A stretch of DNA of 32,000 bases from Candidatus Methylomirabilis oxygeniifera (GTDB taxonomy: Bacteria > Methylomirabilota > Methylomirabilia > Methylomirabilales > Methylomirabilaceae): NCBI GenBank assembly GCA_000091165.1, contig FP565575.1, positions 1,980,001-2,012,000 of the forward strand. The letters are read 5' to 3'. A model generated the notes under the pieces. That model was not told the DNA's origin, made no database searches, and saw nothing but the letters and a program-made list of their open reading frames with translations. The position numbers were made by a program, and so were the translations under genes. Of this stretch, positions 7,580-14,025 are shown piece after piece (position 1 is the stretch's first letter; every line of letters starts with the position of its first letter).

Positions 7580-8761
7580 CTATCTTGGCCGGAGATTCGA
7601 GGCGGCAATCCGCTCAATCGCCTCCCTAATCCGGGAGACGTCCACCGTCAGGGCCGCTCGGATATACCCTTCACCGCTCCGGCCAAATCCTGTCCCCGGG
7701 GTCATGACAATACCGACATCAGAAAGTAGCGCCGAGGCGAAGGAAGCGGAGGTATGTTCCTTCGGAACACCGATCCAGACATAGAAGGTCGCTTGAGGTT
7801 TGTCCACCACGAATCCGAGCGCCAACAGACCATCTACAAGCGCATCGCGCCTCTCTTTGTAGACGGCCCTCATCGCCTCAACACACTCCTGCGGGCCGTT
7901 CAGCGCCGCGATGGCAGCCTCCTGCACCGCCTGGAAGACCCCTGAGTCCAGGTTGGTCTTAATCCGGCCAAGGCCGGACAGCACCTCACGGCAGCCGACC
8001 GCAAATCCAATCCGCCATCCGGTCATGTTGTACGTCTTGGACAGTGAATGGTACTCAATGGCCACGTCTTTTGCCCCCTCCACCGCCAAGAGGCTCTCCG
8101 GCAGGTACCCGTCGTACGCCATCTCGGAATAGGCTGCGTCGTGGCAGAGAATCAGCCGGTGTCTGCGCGCAAAGGCGACCGCCTCGGCAAAAAAGGCCCC
8201 GGACGCCACAGCAGCCGTCGGATTATTGGGGTAGTTCAGGAACATGATCCGAGCCTTCTTCAGAACCTCCGATGGGATCGCTTCAAGATCCGGCAGGAAC
8301 GACCGTTCCCGCGTAAGCGGCATAAAGTACGGGATCCCGTCGGCAAAGACGGTTCCTGCCTGATACACCGGATAGCCTGGATCGGGAACCAGGACGACGT
8401 CACCCGGATCGATAAACGCGAGGGGGATGTGGCCGATCCCCTCTTTCGATCCGATCAGGCTCAGCACCTCAGTCTGCGGGTCAAGCGTCACGCCGAACCG
8501 TTTACCGTACCAGTCGGCCACGGCCTGTCGAAAGCTCAGCATCCCTTCGTATGAAGGGTACTGGTGGTTGCGCGAGTCGGCCGAAGCCTGCTGCATCCTT
8601 GCGATGATGTGCGACGGTGTCGGCAGGTCAGGGTCGCCGACTCCCAGGTTGATGATATCCATGCCGCGACGGATCGCGTCCTGCTTCAAGCGGTCGATTT
8701 CAGCAAAGAGATACGGCGGCAGCTTTGACAGCCGCTGTGCCACACTAAAGGGTTCTCCCAT
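7580..8761 (-). CDS. dapL: Class I/II PLP aminotransferase, probable LL-diaminopimelate aminotransferase
   Basis: 393 aa with a GGAGGAG RBS. It has an LPPYLFAEID N-terminus and the PLP-lysine motif SLSKTYNMTGWRIG. It is clustered with dapB, dapA, dapF and lysA, and no dapD, dapC or dapE is present in the cluster. Confidence 0.7.
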   Translation of the reverse strand: MGEPFSVAQRLSKLPPYLFAEIDRLKQDAIRRGMDIINLGVGDPDLPTPSHIIARMQQASADSRNHQYPSYEGMLSFRQAVADWYGKRFGVTLDPQTEVLSLIGSKEGIGHIPLAFIDPGDVVLVPDPGYPVYQAGTVFADGIPYFMPLTRERSFLPDLEAIPSEVLKKARIMFLNYPNNPTAAVASGAFFAEAVAFARRHRLILCHDAAYSEMAYDGYLPESLLAVEGAKDVAIEYHSLSKTYNMTGWRIGFAVGCREVLSGLGRIKTNLDSGVFQAVQEAAIAALNGPQECVEAMRAVYKERRDALVDGLLALGFVVDKPQATFYVWIGVPKEHTSASFASALLSDVGIVMTPGTGFGRSGEGYIRAALTVDVSRIREAIERIAASNLRPR

Positions 8762-8785
8762 GCCTTTCTTCTCCTCCTGGATTCT

Positions 8786-8813
8786 CTGTCAGCTTTCGGC
8801 TGTCAGCTTTGAG
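8786..8813. repeat. 14-nt tandem duplication ctgtcagctttcgg/ctgtcagctttgag
   Basis: Two adjacent 14-mers overlap the stop codon (8803-8805) of the FAH-family gene. Confidence 0.6.
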
Positions 8814-9564
8814 CAACAATCGTGTTACTCAGTCGGCCGATCCCTTCCACCTCGATCTCAATCGTATCGCCGGGCCGCATTGGACCGATCCCCGAAGGGG
8901 TGCCGGTAGTAATGACATCACCCGGATAGAGGGTCATGACCGTAGAGACAAAATGCAGCAGGTACGGCACCTCAAAGATCAGATTATTGATGTTGGACTC
9001 CTGCCGGACCACACCGTTCAGGAACGCCCGGATGGGGGCATCGGAGAGGTCCAGATCCGTCTCAACCCAAGGGCCGAACGGCGCGAAGGTATCGAACGAT
9101 TTTGCTCGAGTCCACTGTCCGTCTTGACGTTGCAGGTCTCTCGCTGTCACATCATTAAAGCAGACATACCCCAGGATGTAGCGATGCGCCTTCTCGACCG
9201 GTACGGCCCTCGCGGTCCTCTTCACAACGATTCCCAGCTCCGCCTCATAATCCAGCCGACCGCACGACTTCGGATAGATAATCCGGCCGCGATGGGGAAA
9301 CGACGCGCTCGACGGCTTTAAGAAGATGATCGGCTCGTCCGGGGTCTGCAGCTTCATCTCTTCGGCATGATCGCGATAGTTCAGGCCTACCCCCACGATC
9401 TTGGACGGCTCGGTCGGCGCAAGGAACCTGATCCGCTTCAGCGAATGCGTCCGATCCGTCACGATAAACTTGCCGAAGATGTCGCCCTGTATCTCCCGGA
9501 CAACACCGTCCTCTACGATACCGTATCGTGGTTGCTTGCCGACGACAAACCGCACAATCCGCAT
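8803..9564 (-). CDS. Fumarylacetoacetate hydrolase (FAH) family protein
   Basis: The track ORF starts at TTG 9582. ATG 9564 gives MRIVRFVV..., a typical FAH-family N-terminus. The motifs GVGLNYRDHAEE, DYEAELGIV and PGDVITTGTPSGIG match the FAH fold. Confidence 0.85.
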   Translation of the reverse strand: MRIVRFVVGKQPRYGIVEDGVVREIQGDIFGKFIVTDRTHSLKRIRFLAPTEPSKIVGVGLNYRDHAEEMKLQTPDEPIIFLKPSSASFPHRGRIIYPKSCGRLDYEAELGIVVKRTARAVPVEKAHRYILGYVCFNDVTARDLQRQDGQWTRAKSFDTFAPFGPWVETDLDLSDAPIRAFLNGVVRQESNINNLIFEVPYLLHFVSTVMTLYPGDVITTGTPSGIGPMRPGDTIEIEVEGIGRLSNTIVAQS

Positions 9565-9589
9565 AATATAAGCTTTCAGCAATCAGGCA

Positions 9590-9677
9590 GTTAGGCCGAA
9601 GACTGAAGTATAAGAACAGGCCTTCGCTGCCTTCTATTAGTCTACCTACCTTCAGCCTTCAGTCTATCTACCTTCAG
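9590..9677. repeat. Inverted repeat built from CTGAAG-type heptads
   Basis: The left arm is GTTAGGCCGAAGACTGAAG (9590-9608). The right arm is CTTCAGCCTTCAGTCTATCTACCTTCAG (9650-9677). The right arm lies inside the dapB 3' end. Confidence 0.55.
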
Positions 9678-10484
9678 TGCCTCTTTCAGTCCTAACACAT
9701 CCTGCATATCGTACAGGCCGGGCGGGCGGCCGATGACCCAATGGGCTGCGCGCAACGCGCCATGAGCAAAATTATCCCGACTGTGGGCCCGGTGCGTCAT
9801 CTCAATCCGCTCCCCCATACCCCCGAAGATCACCGTATGATCTCCGACCACATCGCCGGCACGCAGCGCATGGATGGCGATCTCCTCTTTGCCGCGTTCT
9901 CCGACCAATCCCTTCCGGCCATAGATCCCTGTCGCGTCCAGGTCCCGGCCCAGCGCCTCCGCAACTACCTGCGCCATTTTCAATGCAGTCCCGCTGGGAG
10001 CGTCCTTCTTAAACCGATGATGGGTCTCAACGATCTCGACGTCGTACGCCTCTCCAAGCGCAGAGGCCACCTGAGCAAGGACTTTGAACAAGACATTGAC
10101 CCCGATGCTCATATTGGGGGAGAGCACGCACGGAACAGACGAGCCGATTTCCCTGGTCTTATCCAGATCGGCTACGCTGAACCCGGTGGTTCCGACAACA
10201 ACAGGCACCTTCGCCTGGGCGGCGATAGCCAGATGGATCATGGCAGCCTGCGGGGCGGTGAAGTCGATCACCACCTGTGCTTCGCTCACCACCGCACCCA
10301 GATCACCGACAATCGGTATGCCCAGCGTACCGATGCCCGTCACCTCACCGGCATCACGCCCGATGCTTGCACTGTTCGGTTGTTCGACGGCCCCAGCCAG
10401 GATAAAGTCGCTCGCTTCGCGGATCATGGCGATGATTCGTCCGCCCATTCGTCCAGCCGCACCGCAGACAACAGCACGTATCAT
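9642..10484 (-). CDS. dapB: 4-hydroxy-tetrahydrodipicolinate reductase
   Basis: 280 aa with an ATG start. It has the N-terminal Rossmann motif VVCGAAGRMGG and the motifs EAYDVEIVETHHRFKKDAPSGTA and GLYDMQDVLGL. Confidence 0.92.
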   Translation of the reverse strand: MIRAVVCGAAGRMGGRIIAMIREASDFILAGAVEQPNSASIGRDAGEVTGIGTLGIPIVGDLGAVVSEAQVVIDFTAPQAAMIHLAIAAQAKVPVVVGTTGFSVADLDKTREIGSSVPCVLSPNMSIGVNVLFKVLAQVASALGEAYDVEIVETHHRFKKDAPSGTALKMAQVVAEALGRDLDATGIYGRKGLVGERGKEEIAIHALRAGDVVGDHTVIFGGMGERIEMTHRAHSRDNFAHGALRAAHWVIGRPPGLYDMQDVLGLKEALKVDRLKAEGR

Positions 10485-10499
10485 CGAAGGCCACCGAAT

Positions 10500-10531
10500 A
10501 AGGCTGAAGGCTGAAGGCTGAAGGCTGAAGG
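10500..10531. repeat. Perfect heptamer tandem repeat (AAGGCTG)x4.6
   Basis: The sequence aaggctg aaggctg aaggctg aaggctg aagg occupies most of the 52-nt dapA-dapB spacer. Confidence 0.9.
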
Positions 10532-10536
10532 AACGC

Positions 10537-11421
10537 TCACGGGATCAGACCGTAGGCCCGCATGGCCGTTTTGAGTCGGTTCAGATTGGGCTCGCTCATC
10601 GGGCAGAGCGGCAGGCGAAGCTCGCCGCTGATCATCCCCAAAATCGCCATGGCGGTCTTCACCGGGATCGGGTTGGTCTCGTAAAACATCGCCTGGCAGA
10701 GCGGGAAGAGCTTCAGGTGTATCTCCCTGGCGCGCTTCCAGTCGCCGCCAAGGAACGCATGAGTCAAGTCGGCCACATCGCGCGGCACGATGTTGGCGAT
10801 CACCGATATCACGCCTCGCCCTCCCACCGCCAGAAGCGGCAGCGTGAGTGTATCATCCCCAGACAGAAACGAGAGCTTGTCCCCGCACAGGACGATGTCA
10901 TGGGTCATCTGTTCCAGGTTGCCGGTCGCCTCCTTCATGCCGACGATATACGGATGATCCGCCAATACCGCCAGCGTCTCCGGCAGCATGTTGATCCCCG
11001 TCCTTCCCGGGATGTTGTAGAGAATCAACGGCAACTCCGCGGCATCGGCAACAGCGCGGCAGTGCGCGATGAGGCCCGACTGGGTCGGCTTGTTGTAATA
11101 GGGGAGGACCAGGAGGGCGCCGTCGGCCCCGGCCTGCCTGGCAAAGCGGGTCAGATCGATCGCTTCATCTGTGCTATTCGACCCGGTCCCGGCGATAACC
11201 GCAACACGCCTGTTCGCCACCTCAACCGTCAGCTCGATGACGCGTCTGTGCTCATCATGGCTGAGGGTCGGGGATTCCCCTGTCGTCCCGCACGGAATCA
11301 GGGCATCGGTGCCGTTGTTGATATGAAACTCTACCAACCCGCGGAGCATCGGCTCGTCGACCCGTCCGCCTTGGAAGGGAGTCACCAACGCCACCATCGA
11401 CCCCTGAAACTTTCTCTTCAT
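10537..11421 (-). CDS. dapA: 4-hydroxy-tetrahydrodipicolinate synthase
   Basis: 294 aa. It contains GTTGESPTLS and the Schiff-base lysine context VGMKEATGN. Confidence 0.92.
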   Translation of the reverse strand: MKRKFQGSMVALVTPFQGGRVDEPMLRGLVEFHINNGTDALIPCGTTGESPTLSHDEHRRVIELTVEVANRRVAVIAGTGSNSTDEAIDLTRFARQAGADGALLVLPYYNKPTQSGLIAHCRAVADAAELPLILYNIPGRTGINMLPETLAVLADHPYIVGMKEATGNLEQMTHDIVLCGDKLSFLSGDDTLTLPLLAVGGRGVISVIANIVPRDVADLTHAFLGGDWKRAREIHLKLFPLCQAMFYETNPIPVKTAMAILGMISGELRLPLCPMSEPNLNRLKTAMRAYGLIP

Positions 11422-11459
11422 GCCATCTCCAGTCAGCGCAGTCGCAAGTTTTCAGCACT

Positions 11460-11501
11460 GAGTGTTGAATCAAGCACCGAACACTCAACACTCCACACTC
11501 A
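11460..11501. repeat. Heptamer repeat (ACACTCN)x3 with an upstream inverted partner
   Basis: The units are acactca acactcc acactca (11481-11501). GAGTGTTGA (11460-11468) pairs with TCAACACTC (11485-11493). Confidence 0.6.
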
Positions 11502-11504
11502 AAA

Positions 11505-12329
11505 CTATTCTTTCAGCGCATCCGCCATCAGTTCGCCCTGGTAGACCAGCCGGACCTCCCCCTCGAAAAAGACCTCCTCGTATTCCGGTCCATTCCCGGT
11601 AAGAGACACCGTCAGCATCTCACCGCTCCTGACCTGTACCCGCACCGGGGAAGCGACCAGCCCTAACGTGGCCGCCACCAGCGCCGAGGCGACGGTCCCC
11701 GTCCCGCAAGCCAGCGTCTCGTCCTCGACGCCGCGTTCGTAGGTCCGGATAGCCAGTGTGCGGCCGTCAACGGTCGTTGCAAAATTGACATTGGTCCCAG
11801 CGGGTTGAAAGGCCGGATGAAACCTGATGGTGCGCCCCAGCGTTCGGACCGGGACCGCCTCCAGGTCGGTAGAAAACAGGACGACATGCGGCACCCCTGT
11901 ATTGATACTGTGGACCACATGCGCGGCACCATCCACCTCAATCGATTGGTGGAGGCGGATCCCCTGTGGCCGACTGATCTGCAGCTTGACCTTGGAACCG
12001 TCTACCCACGCTCTGATTATTCCAGCCAGCGTTTCAAAGGCCATGTGGGGTCCTGCGATCCCCAGCATCTCGGCAAACCTGGCCACGCAGCGGCCGCCAT
12101 TACCGCACATCTCCGCCTCGCTGCCGTCTGCGTTCAGGATCCGCATGCGGAAATCCGCTACTGAGGAAGGCTCGACCAGAATCAGGCCGTCGGCTCCAAC
12201 CGATATCCGCCGCCGACAGATCCGTTCGGCTAATGTCCTTGGCTCTATGTCAAGATGGCCATTGCGGTTGTCGATGACGACAAAATCGTTCCCGCTTCCG
12301 CTCATCTTCATAAAGATCAGCTTGTCCAT
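11505..12329 (-). CDS. dapF: Diaminopimelate epimerase
   Basis: 274 aa. It contains MSGSGNDFVVIDN and the two catalytic Cys contexts MCGNGGRC and LACGTGTVA. Confidence 0.92.
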   Translation of the reverse strand: MDKLIFMKMSGSGNDFVVIDNRNGHLDIEPRTLAERICRRRISVGADGLILVEPSSVADFRMRILNADGSEAEMCGNGGRCVARFAEMLGIAGPHMAFETLAGIIRAWVDGSKVKLQISRPQGIRLHQSIEVDGAAHVVHSINTGVPHVVLFSTDLEAVPVRTLGRTIRFHPAFQPAGTNVNFATTVDGRTLAIRTYERGVEDETLACGTGTVASALVAATLGLVASPVRVQVRSGEMLTVSLTGNGPEYEEVFFEGEVRLVYQGELMADALKE

Positions 12330-12342
12330 ATCGCTCTCTAAC

Positions 12343-12377
12343 CAGCTATCAGCTCGCAGCTCATAGCCGACAGCTAC
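12343..12377. repeat. Heptad-periodic repeat (CAGCTNN)x5
   Basis: The units are cagctat cagctcg cagctca tagccga cagctac, in the lysA-dapF spacer. Confidence 0.6.
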
Positions 12378-12380
12378 AAA

Positions 12381-13637
12381 TCAAAGCTCCGGTAGTGCCC
12401 GCTCGCCATGAATCAGATCCTCGTAGCTTTCCCGCTCGCGGATTGTAAACCAGCGATCGCCTTTCACCAGGATCTCCGGCAGCCGCGGTCGGCTATTATA
12501 GCTGGATGACATCGTATAGCCATAGGCGCCGGCGCTCATCACCACCAACAGCTCTCCCGGCTCAGGGGCCGGCATAGACCGGTCCTTGGCCAGAAAATCT
12601 CCCGACTCGCAGACAGGGCCCACCACATCAGCCATCACCTCCTCCCGACCTTTCTGACGCCGCGCGGGGAGGATAGAGTGGAATGAGCCGTACAGACTCG
12701 GACGGACCAAGTCGTTCATCCCGGCATCAACCACGATAAAGTGCTTGGCGGGTGTGCGCTTGTCGTAGAGCACCTTTGTCACCAGGACCCCCGCATTGCC
12801 AACAATCACCCGTCCGGGCTCCAGCACGATGGTGCAGCCCAGATCCTTGATGACTGCAATCATGGCTTCCGCAAAGACCCGTGGCACAGGTGGATCTTCA
12901 TCTTTATAGGTAATTCCAAGTCCGCCACCGACATCCAGGTACTGAATCGCAAAGCCATGCTGCCGAAGCTCGGCGATCAGGCCCGCAACCTTGACCAGGC
13001 TGTCCACAAAGGGCGCAATCTCGGTAATCTGGGACCCGATATGCTGATGGACCCCAACAACATCGATATGGCGCAGTTCCTTAGCGACTCGGTACTCCTC
13101 CATCGCCAGGGAGATGTCGATACCGAACTTACTCTTCTTCAACCCAGTCGAAATATACGGATGTGTTTTAGGATCGACGTCTGGGTTGATCCGCAGCGCC
13201 ACCCTTGCCTTCGTCCCCATGGCCCCGGCCACATCGTTCAACAGGCGGAGTTCCTGGGGGGATTCTACGTTAAACATCAGGATATCAGACTTCAGGGCGA
13301 AGCCCATCTCCTCACGGGTCTTACCCACTCCCGCAAAGACGATCCGGCTGGGTGGAATGCCGGCTCTCATGGCACGATACAACTCCCCGCCAGACACGAC
13401 GTCGGCGCCGCTTCCAAGATCGGCAAAGAGCTTCAAGGTCGCGCCGTTGGAGTTGGCTTTGATCGCAAAACAGACCAAGTGGGGGATATCAGCAAACGCC
13501 TGGTCAAAGGTTTGGAAATGGTGCGTGAGCGTGGCGTGACTATACAGATAGAACGGCGTACCGACCTCCGCGGCGATCCGCTCGATCGGTAGTTCTTCGC
13601 ACATAAGCAGATCGCCGCGATACTGGAAATGATGCAT
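12381..13637 (-). CDS. lysA: Diaminopimelate decarboxylase
   Basis: The track ORF reaches 13727. ATG 13637 (MHHFQYRGDLLMCEELPIERIA...) has a GAGGAG about 9 nt upstream and avoids overlap with the M48 gene. The sequence shows the PLP-lysine context CFAIKANSN and the motifs GGGLGI and CESGD. Confidence 0.9.
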   Translation of the reverse strand: MHHFQYRGDLLMCEELPIERIAAEVGTPFYLYSHATLTHHFQTFDQAFADIPHLVCFAIKANSNGATLKLFADLGSGADVVSGGELYRAMRAGIPPSRIVFAGVGKTREEMGFALKSDILMFNVESPQELRLLNDVAGAMGTKARVALRINPDVDPKTHPYISTGLKKSKFGIDISLAMEEYRVAKELRHIDVVGVHQHIGSQITEIAPFVDSLVKVAGLIAELRQHGFAIQYLDVGGGLGITYKDEDPPVPRVFAEAMIAVIKDLGCTIVLEPGRVIVGNAGVLVTKVLYDKRTPAKHFIVVDAGMNDLVRPSLYGSFHSILPARRQKGREEVMADVVGPVCESGDFLAKDRSMPAPEPGELLVVMSAGAYGYTMSSSYNSRPRLPEILVKGDRWFTIRERESYEDLIHGERALPEL

Positions 13638-13695
13638 GCAGCACTCTCCTCGTAAGTGGTTGTCTGCCGGATTCTGGCATAGGGGGGGCAAGGAG

Positions 13696-14025
13696 TCAAA
13701 AGGAAAGTGGGAATCTGATGCGGCCATTGGCTACCTTTTCCCACTCAGGCAGGTAGGCGCTCATCAGGCTCTTAAAAAGCTTGCCATGGTTGTGCACGCG
13801 GAGGTGAAGGAGCTCGTGGACGATGACCACCCGCTGAAAGGCGCGATCCTCACTGAGGAGATCTTTACTGAGACAGATGCGTCCGCTGGGCGAGCACGAA
13901 GCCCATTTCTTCGTCATGGACTGGATCTGGACACGTAGAGGCCTCACGCCGATCTTTGAGGCCCATTGGTCTACCTGATTTTTCAGGATCCCGGCTTGGG
14001 TGAAACTCGATTGCTTGGGTCTCAT
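13696..14025 (-). CDS. Short M48/DUF45 (YgjP-like) zinc metallopeptidase domain protein
   Basis: 109 aa. KKWASCSPSGRICLSKDLL...VIVHELLHLRVHNHGKLF matches the WGSC...HExxHL..xNH core of the DUF45 proteins that commonly follow hsdR. Its ATG overlaps the hsdR stop (ATGA at 14022-14025). The ~90-aa N-terminal part seen in full-length family members is missing. Confidence 0.7.
   Translation of the reverse strand: MRPKQSSFTQAGILKNQVDQWASKIGVRPLRVQIQSMTKKWASCSPSGRICLSKDLLSEDRAFQRVVIVHELLHLRVHNHGKLFKSLMSAYLPEWEKVANGRIRFPLSF

Noticed and set aside
10500-10531. Possibility that the short repeats are a CRISPR array
   Set aside because: The units are 7 nt with no spacers, far from the 24-48 nt repeat/spacer architecture, and no cas genes are present in the window.
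13638-13727. 30-codon N-terminal extension of lysA
   Set aside because: It would overlap the M48 peptidase gene and adds non-homologous sequence. ATG 13637 has a good RBS and matches the usual LysA N-terminus.
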